Source: Tubiluchus corallicola (taxonomy: Eukaryota; Animalia; Priapulida). From it: a DNA stretch of 64,000 bases. The notes beneath the pieces were generated by a model that was given only the letters and a program-made list of their open reading frames with translations, was not told where the DNA came from and searched no databases. The stretch covers positions 1-64,000 of the forward strand of contig JAQGDQ010000545.1 in the NCBI GenBank assembly GCA_030141605.1. The letters run 5' to 3'. The first letter of the stretch is position 1, and each line of letters starts with the position of its first letter. A program made the translations under genes and the position numbers. Positions 11,901-25,980 of this stretch are shown in pieces.

Positions 11901-13149
11901 ATGAAACGCATTTGTTTCAAGCGATTTGCGTTATTTCCAAGTGGCGCCAAATAGAAATTAGGTAAACGACAGCGAAAACAAGCTACAGCAAAAAAGCAAG
12001 TAACTTTTGGGTTTATTTATAAAAACTGTTGAAAGAGGCTATTTTTAAAAGTTTTTAATTCAATTACATTCAGACTTTGCTTTTGAAAGAAACCTGATTC
12101 TTTTCTAAATGAGTGATAAAAACCATCAATGTTTTCTTTTGTTAGTCTCTTGGTAAGTAAAAATAAAAACTTGTTTTCAACAGAAAACATTAATTTAATA
12201 GTTCCTGGAAGCAAAGATACATTTACTCATAATTTTTCCTAATTAATAAAATTAATAAAATCATTATTACGATGATAAATCTTTATTATTAATCGGATAG
12301 TACAATGAGCCTCTATGCTGGCAGAAGTCATTTACTTACCACTTAAACTTTATGTAATACGTCCATCCCTCTAAATGAATATATGAAACTTTATGAATAT
12401 ATACAGCAAAATATATGTTCATAAGTTAACAACAAAAGTTAAAAGAAATTCGACGAATAAAATTATATCACATATTAAATTTTAACTGCTAGAACTACAT
12501 AAAATTTAAGAAAATTGGAAATTAATTAATGTTTTCGTGTTAAATCACATTACAGTCAGTAGCGTTAATATTAGTTACTAAGGCTATGCAGAATAAATTC
12601 ATCATTTGCAAAATTTACGAAGCTTTCGAGCGACAAATCATTTCTGTATAGATAAACGTCATTTATGGATAATTTAGATGACTTTTATAGATCATTTATA
12701 GATAATATCAATAACATTATTATGATGAATTTAAATAAAATTCTATTACAAAATTCCTTTTCGGATTCTTTTCCGTCGCGTACGAGAAAAAATTGGGAAA
12801 TTTAATGACATGCAGTTGGTGGCGCCACCGTAGTTAAACTAACTCGCTGCGCACGACGTATATTAAACAAAACGTTTTGTTTATTATTTACTTTAATGAG
12901 CCGCTCCCATTCGACACTTCTGACTAACGTGGCTTCGCATGTGACCCACATTAGCTAGTCATCGCTCAAGTCTAAAAGCCTGTGATATATTAATGTTTGA
13001 AACATTTGACGACAGTAAGTGCCAGCGCTTAATTCTGGTAATGGGAGGAGGAATCTTATCAGACATCGACATGCCACACGACCAGAAGAATATCTGTCAG
13101 TATGAAATGCAAGAATATTTTTAAAATACATCCCAACTTTTTGGCAGTT

Positions 13150-14660
13150 ACAGAATTTATTTATTTATTAAATCTCCTTTATTTTCGAAAAAAATAATAC
13201 AAAACCCTATACATTTGCAGAGGGTGAGAGTGCGCTAATACCATTACAAAAAATACGCTACATATTAAAGCTCAATATACATGTAAATACACACACATAT
13301 ATACATAACATACATATACATATATATATATATATATAACAAATTTAATACACAATGAATACATGAATGAATGAGATCTGAATTTTGAAGATTATTGACT
13401 GATAGTTTTCAAACTGTTGCAAAAATAGCAGCATGTTGTACAAAAAATTACTAGTTTTTTAACTGAGATTTCAATATCAATATATCAATATCAATATCAA
13501 TATCAATATCAATATCAATATCAATATACAATATCAATGAAGCCTGCACATGCAGATACATCGCGAAAAACATACAGCTGTTGTAAATTTAGTGAAGCTA
13601 AAACATTTTGCATAGAAGATTTAGTGTTGTACGATATCAAAGAACAGTCACATACTAAGTGTTCGGGCGTTTGTATATCTGTAAGGCACTTACAGTAATT
13701 ACTATCGGCTAAACTAACTGTATATAAGAAGGAGTTACAACCTCTGCCAAGTAGAAGGATGAGCCCAAGGGATTCAAAGCTTCTGCCGTATGCACCAGCT
13801 GTGAGAGAAGACATAGCATTTTCAGTATTCCTGCTGTTAGAAAGCCTCTGAATCGTATTTTCTGATTCCAGACACCTAATATAAATTTATCAAGATCTGC
13901 CCTGCTTAGATTAGCGCTTTCATTATTCTCTTAAATGCTTTTTATTGTTCTCTGAAAGGATTTAGCTGTTATTAAGTGAGTCGCCAAAGAGTGCTTACGA
14001 AAAGTGCTGTTATTTATTTCACGCTCTATTGATAAAATATTGTCTTTAACCAGGTCTTAACCTGGTCGGAACAGTGTCTTTAAAACGAATTGGCACGCAT
14101 TCGCTGAGCATAAATATCCAAAGGGGATATTCCACATCTACGCTTAACACACCCACTACAGTTTTCAGACCATCATAAATTAAGTCTTTAAATAGATCTC
14201 ATTTTCCATTCAACCAGGTTACAGATGCATACATTATGGCAGGTATTACTAGGATTCTAAATAGATTGCATATAGTTTCTAACTTCATCCCTTTATAGTC
14301 AAAACAAAATTTCTTTATGGCTAGCCATTTAAACCAAGCTTTTTTCCTGATCGCTCTTACATGTGAGCGAAAACTTAAATTACTGTCAAAAATGACATCA
14401 AGTACCTTGGATTCATTTGTGTATGCAACTTTCTTTTGACCAAATTGTAAATCAGATGGTGTGGTTCTGTTATAAGTTGAGGGACGTTTTTGTAAATTAC
14501 TGCGTCCGTTTTATTTTTGTCGCAGTTTATGCAGTCTCCAGCGAAAACAAAACGAGTGAAGAATATCGTAGCAGTACTGAGCAGAGAGATATGCTTTATA
14601 AACACTGTTGTGCGTGACAAACACCGTGGCATCATCAGCGTACTTAAATATACGGGCACT
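13150..14660 (-). mobile_element. 5'-truncated decayed LINE (RT C-terminus, Cys/His motif, 3' UTR)
   Basis: YADDATVFV near 14640; YLxVIFD..FRSHVRAIRKKAW; CKC..QTPEHLVCDC; second copy at 53800-54330. Confidence 0.8.
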
Positions 14661-16479
14661 TAAAACTTACAGAAAAGTATGCAGAAGTCCAACCAGTTAA
14701 TTCATGTCTTGCTGTTTGTGGGCGAATTGCGTACACACGTCAAAAAGTAACTCTAACAAGAATTCACATCCAAATCCGCGAGCGTAACACCGTGACCGTG
14801 TTCCCACCTGACTATACCTGGCCGAGAGTGGTAAACGCGTGTCAATACATGTAGATTAGGTGTCAATACGTGTCAGTGCGTTCAAGTGTAACTAGCCGGT
14901 GAACACATGCTTATGACTAATTATCACTTGACTGTGCCTGGTTAAGTGCGGTTTACTCGTGTGTGATTACCCTATTTTTCATATTTCCACTCCTATGTGA
15001 TATCGACTTCTCGGGCTCTTAAGCAATTCCAGTTCGAGTATTATAACAGTGTTTATTACTTGACTATGTTTATCCAATGCGTCTGACTCATGTGCTACAA
15101 GATGCTAACAAACTTCTTCCAGCTCTGGGTTGGAAGCCCAACATTTTCTTGGAATTCTCGCTGCTGATGGGTGAAATTTTGGCCCCTTTAAACAGTTTTA
15201 ATTTTTTCTACACTATTTTCCGAGCTCCTACTGCAGGTGTCCACCCTACCAAGTTATCAGAGTTATTAGAGTTATTCACTGTTAGCATTGAAATCTGAAA
15301 GCATAATTGCATTTATCGCTTGCCTGGTCCAGTGTGGTTTACTCGCGTAAACACGCTGTAGATTATTATTTACTCCACGTATTTAGATACTTTAGAAAAA
15401 ACTGAATTTAATTCGAATGCCTAATAGGAGTTCGATGGCAATTAAAAATCGGACCGATATCTAGTTTTCTTGAACCTTTGGCTGAGGTCACTGTTCACCA
15501 TACTATTTAAGGCCCCATCTCCAGCTACCTCATGCGTTTGCGAATTAACATGAATCTTAATGTTATCATTTTCACATCTTGGCTCGTATTTCGTGCCCTT
15601 AAACAATTTCATGTTTTTAACCACACCATTTTCTAAGTCCCCCTACACCAGCTGCCTTTTCTACAGGTTTAGTAACTCTAGTTACTACAGTTTTAGAGTT
15701 ACTCAGTGTTATGCATTTTGGCTCTTGTCTCGGACCCTTAGAGAAACACAGCCTTTTAAAAGTCCAAGTACACATCTAGTCCACAATATCTTAATGCTTA
15801 TGCAAAAATGAATCTAACTCAAAGCCCTAGAGGGAGCTGAAAGACATTCGAAAAATTGACCAATGTCCAGTATGCCCAAGACTTTCTGACCAAGGTCACC
15901 CTTTAGATTAATTTAAAATCGGGGTATCAGAGTAATATTTAAATATCCACTGCTAACAAATCGTAATCATACGTATTACACACGTAGATTTTTAAAAATC
16001 AATAAATTGTATTATCGCGAGTGTTTATTATTTATATATATATATAAATATTTTCATAATCTGCTTCTTCCAGCTGTTCACGATTTTTTTTAATACCCGT
16101 TCAACAAATTCATAGTTCTTACACTGGTTGGGTGGTTGTCAATTGCTATCTTGTTGCTATTCGTACTAATTATGATCATCATAATCTCTCAAACACCATT
16201 ATTCAATTCTGGCCACAAAAACCCACTGTTGTTAAAAACTATCCAATGCGCTTGTTTAAAACGTATATTTTTGATCATCTTTTTGTCTAGGTATTCTTCT
16301 TAAATAATCGATAATCAAATAAACGTCACCCGGTTACAACAATATATTTAAACTTGTAATTTAATCATATTTTACTTCATTTTAGTACAGTATTTGTATT
16401 TATATGGTCTTAGTTACCGAATGGAAAAAACGAATTGAATTGAATTACACTTATATAGCAGTCTGCGGCTCCCTTCTAT

Positions 16480-16645
16480 CTCAGTCTCTCTCTCCCACTC
16501 CTTCTCTCTTTCTCTTTCTCTCTCTCTCTCTCTCCCCTCTCCTCTCTGTCTCACTCTCTCTCTCCCCCTCTCTCTGTCGCTCTCTCTCTCTCTCTCTCTC
16601 TCTCCCTCTCTCTGTTGCTCTCTCTCTTCCTCTGCGTCCCCTCTT
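16480..16645. repeat. (TC)n microsatellite
   Basis: Direct reading. Confidence 0.9.
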
Positions 16646-17289
16646 TTTTGCCTGCCAATGTTTACGTTCTAATACTCGTGCCATGCGCCCCTGCAAGCGC
16701 GGTGTGTACGATATTGGACCCTGCATCTGGGTCAAGCTTATTCTGGTTTTGTTAATTGAATGAAGCCAATGTACAAGCGCAGTCCAGGCTTTACAGCTAA
16801 CAGTCCAGCTGGAGTTGACAGACAAGTTGACAATTTGAATAAGAGTTCCTGTGAGCCGTCACAATTCATTGTCATACAGCCAACTGTGTGAAGAATAATG
16901 TGGCCAAGCTAGTGTTCCGGGTCAGTGAGTTCTCACATAGCTAAGTCAATACGATTGGTTGACTTTCCAGGACAGCCATTGTCATTCGTTGTCAGCTAAA
17001 CTCCTTATCTCAAGTACTTCAAATGAAAATTTCTTAAATGTGATAAGTTCAGATATTACAAGTCAATTTATGCAGGGACTCACAGCATTACAAGAAGAAA
17101 ACAACTTTTATTAAATCTTTAAGTTACAAAATGTTAAAAAACTGATGTAACATTTTTAAATTTATTGATAATTATTAAAATTACAAGATAAAAGCAAATT
17201 AGAAAAAAAACAATGAAAATGCGGATGACAATGTCTTCACACTAATAATAGGACACATTAATAATTGTCCACATCACGTACACTCTCCT

Positions 17290-17650
17290 ATTCGTTACCG
17301 TTTTCCTTTAATAACAGAAAAACAATCTTTAATGAACAGGCACAATGCATTAATGTCAGCTTCAAACAATTGTCTTATAGATGAAGATATTAAATTATGA
17401 CCTATATGTGCTATATTTCGTTCTAACACACACTGTAAATGGGCAATGACAAAAACATGCTCTCCGCTTTGAACGCTTACTTTATCACATGGGCACACTC
17501 TCCTATCCCTAGGGATACGAGTCCACCTAACTTTTTCAACTAATAAATCATTAGATGATAATTTTGCTCTAGTACAAGCTAACCATTTACATACATTTAC
17601 ATACTTACATACATTACATACTTTCATTATAGTTCTGTATGACATGCTGC
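17290..17650 (-). mobile_element. LINE 3' fragment (L2/CR1-group C-terminal motif)
   Basis: RAKLSSNDLLVEKVRWTRIPRDRRVCPC..VQSGEHV fits RLSSHxLxIExGRWxxxPRxxRxC. Confidence 0.75.
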
Positions 17651-17774
17651 ACTATGTTCTCTCCTTCGTATAGGGACTACTTTGGGTAATTTAAATTATT
17701 GTACTTAATTTTTGCTTACCAGCAGAGCTACAATGACCCATAAATAATAACAATAATAAACCTAGCATATTCAG

Positions 17775-18744
17775 GAACATTAATGCTTGATGACCGCGCA
17801 CGGTACAAAGAGCTTTGAATTAAGTTGAATTAAATGTAAATGAATTAAAATTAAACAACAAAGAAACTTCCGAGCGATTGGCAAGAATAAAAGTGAAACG
17901 CAGCTGGTGGTATGTGGACTTTCAGCGATTTAAGTCTGAAATTTGATTTCAGCCAGAAATAAGTAGGAAGCCACTGAAACGTTGAAAAAACAACAAATCG
18001 TTTTATAGTGAGGTACTTAAGCTTAAGAAGTCTCTTTAGTCAAGCAGCGGCAGCTTAAACAAACAGCACAAATCCCAGTCAAACTTTAGACTCGAATCCC
18101 TTGCAGAGTGACGCATCCACTTCTCGATGAAGACGGAGAACTGCTCCTCGTTCTACGCACCCTGGGAGGTACTACACTCGCCTTTCTAAATTCCTGACAA
18201 ACTAGGAAATGTCTTAATACTTTGCAGCACAGGCATATCCGTTAATGTGTTAGAGCTTATGTTGGAAAGAGAAAACTGAAGGAGCATGCAGAGCGAGGGA
18301 AGCACAAATACGTTTTATAAATCCGAGTGCCTAAACAAAAAAAATCGCAAATCACTTTGCAAGATTTAATGTAAAAAAATTTAAGACATTTTCTGCAGAA
18401 GTGGAAACCTTTAGCTCTTCCTTTTTTTGAAAATTAGTTAGTTCTTGAGCCTTTATGCATATGGACGACAAGTGTTTTTGAAAACAAACAGTACGGCAGT
18501 TAACAGCAGTCGTGCTGTACGTCTTTACAATAACACGAGATTAAGAAAATTCCTCGGCGAAGTGGGAGAGAGAAGAGCAGTCGTCAAACAACAAGAAACT
18601 GGTCGCTTCTTCAACGTTTTCGAGTTTGTTTAAGTTGTAATTCGAATTTTGATTGCATTTTAACGACAGATTCTTGATACTGAGCCAGCCAAAGACGCCA
18701 ACAGCTACACGATAAAGAAACTTCACTGTGTCAGCAGTGATGAG
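17775..18744 (+). pseudogene. Possible decayed compact multi-exon gene of unknown identity
   Basis: Several 27-61 nt GT..AG intervals with compatible phases; clean 75-nt exon 18670-18744 (ILDTEPAKDANSYTIKKLHCVSSDE); in-frame stops. Confidence 0.3.
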
Positions 18745-19235
18745 GTAAAGAAACCCCACTGTGTCAAGCAGTGATGCGATACAGAAACCTCAGTGTATCA
18801 AGCAGTTATGTGATAAAGAAACCTCACTGTATCAAGCAGTGATGCGATACAGAAACCTCACTGTGTCAAGTAGTGATGCGATACAGAAACCTCACTGTAT
18901 CAAGCAGTTATGTGATAAAGAAACCTCACTGTGTCAAGCAGTGATGCGATACAGACACCCCACTGTGTCAAGTAGTGATGCGATACAGAAACCCCACTGT
19001 ATCAAACAATGACAGGGTAAAGAAACCTCACTGTGTCAAACAAAGATAGGGTAAAGAAGCCTCATTGTGTCAGACAGAGATAGGGTAAAGAAGCCTCACT
19101 GTGTCAGACAGAGATAGGGTAAAGAAACCTCACTGTGTCAGACAGAGATAGGGTAAAGAAACCTCACTGTGTCAGACAGAGATAGGATAAAGAAACCTCA
19201 CTGTATCAAACAGTGATGCAAAAAAGACCTCGATG
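18712..19235. repeat. ~35-bp minisatellite (agaaacctcactgtgtcaagcagtgatgcgatac) starting at a putative exon end/donor
   Basis: Direct reading. Confidence 0.9.
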
Positions 19236-19652
19236 TGTCAATTATGATGCAGTAAGCAAAATGTTAAGTATTGATATCATAATGGACTTCACTATGTTGA
19301 ACACTGATGCAATTAACTAAGGAAATCCATTGTGTCAGGCAGTAATGCGATAAACAAACAAATGTTCCCTTTCAATATTTTATAAGGTAGATGTTTTGAG
19401 CTATAGCTTAAGATTGGGTCCAGCTTTCCTTTGAGCTCCTGAAGTTAGCCAGGAAACAGAAACATTAGTCACGTTTTAAATATTACTCCGAAGGACGAAC
19501 AGGCAAACAGACAAACCAAGTAACACACAAAATTGCCGTAACATCGCTACTGAGAGGCATTCAACACTAGAATAACCATTAAGACTCGGAGTAGAAAGAA
19601 TGAATGTGAATAGAACAATTATTTCGATTGAGTTTTTTGCAGTGTCACTTAC

Positions 19653-19720
19653 CATATTGACTTCTGATATCGTGTCAAAACTTGCTATATGCATTTCCAT
19701 GGCAACCTGTAGTGCACTAC
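19653..19720 (-). CDS. Lcch3: GABA-gated chloride channel beta-like (LCCH3-type) exon 3: GSALQVAMEMHIASFDTISEVNM
   Basis: tgtag acceptor, GTAAGT donor, 68 nt as in GABA-A exon 3; IASFDxISEVNM motif; phase fits the 27237 exon. Confidence 0.88.
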
Positions 19721-19883
19721 CTACAATAGACAGAACAATTTTTTAAACAAAAATAAAATTCTATAGGTTTAACTGCAACCAATTCGTTTAAGCTAAAAAC
19801 GAAATCATTATTATTCAAAAATACAATGTTCTATACATTATAATAGAGTCTAATACAACCTTACAGTGAAATACATTGTTGTG

Positions 19884-20385
<502 letters not shown>

Positions 20386-20917
20386 GAGTAGAATTGGTTT
20401 ATTAACTATAAAATTAATATTTACGATCTTTGACAGCGATAGCAGAATTGAAACATTTCATAGTCCAAAATTTTCTACTTTTCAGAAAACAGCAACATTA
20501 TATAAAGATTAAAAAAGTTCAAAATAACAAATTTTCATTCAGTGTCAGTAAAAAAAGATATGATAATGACCAAGAGGAGCTCATAGAGTTTTACAGAATT
20601 GTAACACTTCATTACGGTACATGCAAAAAATAGTGTTTTCTTATTATATTAAAACAAATATTATAATTGTGCATAAATTATCCTAATAAATTAGCAGTGT
20701 CTGAAGGCTCTCAGGTGTTATGTAATTATACGATGCTTCCTGTAGAGACCGCGCTTATAATTATTTATAGATGCATAAACTTCTCCTGAAGGCACAAGCG
20801 GTCATGATCGATTAGCAACAGTAGTATCTGGATATGATTTACTGGATACAAAACATGCACTTACAGCAAAACGACAATCAAACGTATACGTAAAAAGATG
20901 TGTATGTTTATACACCA

Positions 20918-20955
20918 GATCATCATCATCATCGGCATAGTGATCATCGTCAACG

Positions 20956-20996
<41 letters not shown>

Positions 20997-21032
20997 GTCA
21001 TCATCATCATAGTCGTCATCATCGTTATCACC
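20918..21032. repeat. (CAT)n microsatellite
   Basis: Direct reading. Confidence 0.9.
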
Positions 21033-21084
21033 ATGGTCTCTTGAGAGTTAAGATGTCTGATTCGAGGTACGTATCATTTTTTCA

Positions 21085-21395
21085 ACTACAACTGTCACGT
21101 GACGTGTGGGTAAAGCAAAACCGTATGCCGCATCAGTTCAGCAGATTCAGTTGTTTTACGTGGACTTTACTTAGTCATGTATTAGACTGTGCGTAAAGTG
21201 ATTTACTAGCAGGACCTTGCTTGGGAACAAGAAAAATGAACTAGGTGAGATTCTAGCTAGCTGTTAAAACTGTTACTATTACAATAGCTTGGGCTGCGAG
21301 GCGTTGTCAAGTTACATAAATGGGTTGTCTGGTACAATTAACCTTTGACCTGTTCACGATCATCATCAATCGCTGGAGCAGTGAAAAGGCTTATT
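21085..21395 (+). mobile_element. MITE family A, 5'-truncated
   Basis: Aligns with 6420-6731; ends gtgaaaaggcttatt. Confidence 0.8.
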
Positions 21396-22031
21396 GTCAA
21401 AAATCGTCTTGTCCTTTTTGTTTTCACAAATAAAATTTATAATTTTCCACACTGGCCGTCTAGCGTGGAATGTCAAGAATTTCAGCTATGCAGCTGCCGC
21501 TGCTACTCCGACACTGAAATATTCAAGAAGCAAATTTCATCTTACAACAACGCATCGCAGAGCTCTTCAGAATTCTGATTTATTCCTCTTCTCCGGCTGA
21601 GCACAACTTCACTACGCGACAGGGAAAAGTGGCCGGTATCGATTTTTTTATTTGACAATCGATATTTCCCAACCACAAGAGATCATTTTCTATATTCATT
21701 TACCGTCAAGTTTAATCGTGGTTTGCGTGCAACCGGATATGTATGTATGTGAGAATAATGATTTGATGTAATTGGAAACGCATATCTCATTCGGTATCGT
21801 GCGGCGGATTACGCGTGAGAAGTTTTTCGACAAGAACGCGTAATTAGTTTTGCGACAAACATCGGTAAAATGAATGAGTAAAATAAAAAAATCAGACTAA
21901 TTGTAAAGAGAACGAAACCAAATTCCCGTGTTGCATCCTGGCTAATAATTCTGTTGCGTGTAAAAGGACCATAGAAAATGCGATTAGGAGGAAGAGTAAT
22001 TATTAGTTAACAAGGAGAGAAAGAGAGAGTA

Positions 22032-22088
<57 letters not shown>

Positions 22089-24569
22089 CAGGGAGGACAG
22101 AGAGGAAGAAAAGAAGAAGGCAGAAGAACAGCATGACAGTAGAGTAGGTCACTGAATTTGAATTAACCTATCAACAGAAACCGTTTCACAGATGATTATT
22201 CTCAAGGATTTATTTCAGCAGAAACCTATAAATTAGCGAACACTGGGCTTCTCTACTGCCAAATATTGTACTCAAGACGCATCTTTCCTTTGCTCTTATA
22301 CCGTTAATGCCCAGTGTTGATTAAGTATCGATTTATTCACCAGTAGCTGCACTCGATCAATGCTTTTAATACGCGTAAGTAACGGCGGCCATTCCAGCGT
22401 GCTATATAACAACTAACTTCAACACGTTCTCACCACGCGTTGTGTGAAGAAACGTTGGCTTTTAATACCACTGGAAATCATCTCAAATAGGTCCCAAAAG
22501 GAAACTGTCGTCCAGGCTTGTAGATTTTAATGCTCCGGGTCTGGCAGACAAGGTCTGAGGTTGTCCAGTCAAGGAACCTATTTACTAATCATATAAGTTA
22601 GGCAGCCAGGGACGTAAGAGACTGCTGTTATTTTACTGGATGGTACGGGCTGGCTTCGGCAAGTTATAAATGTCATCCGTTTACTACTCGATCAGGCGCT
22701 CTTTGCAAAGAAAAATATTCCTTAAATGTTTCTGACAAGAAAAGAACTGAATTTTTAATTTGTACCGTGTTTTCCCCTGATTAACACAGCTCGCCAACCC
22801 GGCACATGCATGTGATGACTTATCACATTGCGACAGTGCTAAAACAGGGTTGCCTTATAGGTACCTGAAACAAATCTGACGTATTATATATTAGATTAGA
22901 TTATTTTTAATCTAGTATGGACGCTGTATAGTGAAGAGTAGAAATTTTGAATTTTTTTCTTCCAACGCCACTTTATTCTTTGCTTTAGCCTCGCTTTATT
23001 CTTGTTTTACTTATCATCATTTTCATCAGTTTCTTTTTTCCTGCTTTTTCATCGTCTTCCCCTCTTCATCCGCAGTTACACGAATTCAATGTTGCAACTT
23101 TCACGCCGACTCGTATAGTAACAGTACAGTTGTTTAGAAATTCCTCTAGTACAAGTTTCACTATGTAGTCTTACCGTTGCCCGTGCATACCAGATGACGT
23201 ATGAGCACATAACGAAGCTTGCCCCCATACTGTTCACTCAATACGAGGTGGAGTATCTTGCAATATCTGACCAGGCATCAGATTTGTGCCTTGTTTACGC
23301 GCAGTCGGACGGTTGTTTATTAATACAGAAGCCCAATCAACCATCGAGGCGTCTGTGGAACAGCTATTCTTGTTCGATTTTTAGAAGCTGGCAAATGAAA
23401 AACATATCGAAGGAGAGAATGGTTTTGATTACGGTGGAGCTGGGGAGGGCTGTTGTTCTCGTCTAGTGACCACGTGGATAAGGATAATACGTATGCTTGC
23501 AAAACAAAACTATCCTAAAGCCTGCATAGTTAAAGCTACGTTATGATGCTTCATAGTAGAAAGCACCAAAAACTGGGTCAAATGTATTTTTTTTTTGCTT
23601 TTTATAAAAACAAACAATAAATATATTGGACTTTTATATTCACGCATCAAATCATCAGAAAAATGTTCAAGAAATACTAAAAATTTAATTTTATAACCCA
23701 ACTTCTCTGGCTAAACACTAGTACTGCAATTGTAAAGAACTCGTATTTTCAAACTCGGGTAGTACCTCGTGGAAGCAGTTATAGTGCTTCGAGTTTTTTC
23801 TATTGTCAAGCCGGATCTTCGTCTGGAAGAATAATCTACCGGATTTAAATATAACATCAATGTGTTCTTGCAAAGTCAGTAGCAACCAACATTTGTGCGG
23901 TTGCTAATTGTTTTATAGAAACGCGACAAAAAACAATGGCTAACTTTAACGACGATTTCCTCAAGATTATGATTTTCAGTGTGCAGCCTGCACCTCAACT
24001 TCAACGTTGATTGTCTCAGCTAACAAATAACATAGAGCGATGAGCTTGGTATCAAAATAATTCTCATGAAATGCAAATTTAGGATATGGGAATAACTATT
24101 GAAGCTTAATTGCCGATTTATGGACGTTTTTGCTACTCAAGTACGCATATGGGTTGTTGAACATTATTTGGATTGGAGGAAAGTTCTGCGTCTTTCTTGT
24201 TTTAGAGCTCAAATGGGACAACAACGCATGTGGTTCAGTGACTGAATAAACTTTTTTTGTTCAGACGGTCACCCAAAGTTCAAGGGTCTGGCATTCATAT
24301 TTGTGGCTACTAGAAAACTGCAAAAATTTGACAAATGAGAGGCGCTGGCACTGAAATTTGCAGGGCGTGTCATTCTGCTTTGAAATATTTGTGGGACATT
24401 AAATGAATTAACGTTCAGTTCAATTCAGTTCAAGTTTATTGCCTCGTAGAATTTATTATCATTATACGTTATATAGATATATAAATATGGTTAGTTCACA
24501 ATACAAAATAATCAGACAGAAAGAGCAGGATGGTGAAAAACTATCGAGTTACCTGGCAATTCAGCAAAG

Positions 24570-25980
24570 TAACAATTCGAAAAGTAGTAAAGCAACATGG
24601 CAACTAAAATGGCACAAAATATGGAAGCTGTAAAAAACTCTTAAAGCTATGTTGTGTTAGGATACCTTATAGACAATAAGTCACCCGATTACAGCATTTA
24701 TAACAATTACGTCACTCGAAACAGCTGATGAAATATTATCAAAAGTTGTTGAAAGTTATAATTATGACGATTTATTAAATTACTAATAATACTAATTTTC
24801 AATACTCGATATTCTTTACGTTAAATACTAATATTCAATTGTTTAGTAACATTAATATTTAACAGGCAGAAGCAGGAGTTCATTTGTAGTGAGGCTTCCA
24901 CAACCATTTATGTTAATTACTAGAAAAACTTAACTGTTTTATGTTATACATATTCAGCAAATTCTCTTAAAATTTCTGTATTTTAGATGTATATATCATT
25001 ATATTATAATCATCAACGAAAGATCATGCTTTTCCAACTTCATTGGCTGAATTCTGACAGAAATCCCGATACATTTTTAAAACAAGGAAATTTTTTCTTT
25101 CAATTTGTGTCCATTTTCTCTATGTCCATTGTATTGCATCTTAGAAAGCCCATTGTGTTGTACCATTGATTTGTCACTCGAAACAGCTGATGAAATGTTG
25201 TCAGAATTTGTTAAATGTTATAATTATGACAATTTATTAAATTATTAATAAAACTAATATTCAGTAATCAATATTCGATACGTTAAATACTCTGACTTCT
25301 GTCTGTTAAATATTAAAGTTACTAAGCAAAGGAATGTTAGTATATAACGACAATAGAATCTAAGCTGTGCTAGTAATCGTGTATTATACATAGATTGCCA
25401 AGAAATATGTAGATAAGCAGAAGATCTTGCTTTCAATGGACAATACAAATGGACATAGATATAATGGACACAAACTGAATTCCTTGTTTTAAAAATGTGT
25501 CGGGATTTCGTTTAGAATTCAGCCAAGGAAGTTGAAAAGGCAAGATCTTTTGTTGATGATTACAAATATAATGACATATAAATCTAAAATACAGAAATTT
25601 TCAAAAATTTGCTGAATAAACAGAACACAAAGCTGTTAAATTTTTCTAGTAATTAACATAAATGGTTGTGCAAGCCTGATCTACACATGAACTCCTGCTT
25701 CTGCCTGTTAAATATTAATGTTACTAAACAATTGAATATTAGTATTTAACGTACTGAATATTGAGTATTGAATATTAGTATTATTAGTAATTTAACAAAT
25801 CGTCATAATTATAACATTCAACAGCTTTTGATAATATTACGAATGACGTAATTATTATAAATGCTTTAATCAAGTGACTTCTTGTTTACAATTTATCTTA
25901 ACATAACACAGCGTTATGAGTTTTTAACAGATTCCATATTTTGTGGCATTTTTAATTACCTTGTTGCTTTATTGAGTTGC
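24570..25980. repeat. ~1.4-kb imperfect foldback (arms ~24570-25140 and ~25455-25980)
   Basis: e.g. aacattaatatttaacaggcagaagcaggagttcat vs atgaactcctgcttctgcctgttaaatattaatgtt. Confidence 0.85.

Noticed and set aside
23194-23502. 90-aa and 60-aa ORFs
   Set aside because: No recognisable motif or consistent splice phase
24711-24740. gaaacagctgatga as a hammerhead ribozyme core
   Set aside because: Only 3 nt between GAAA and CUGAUGA; required stems absent
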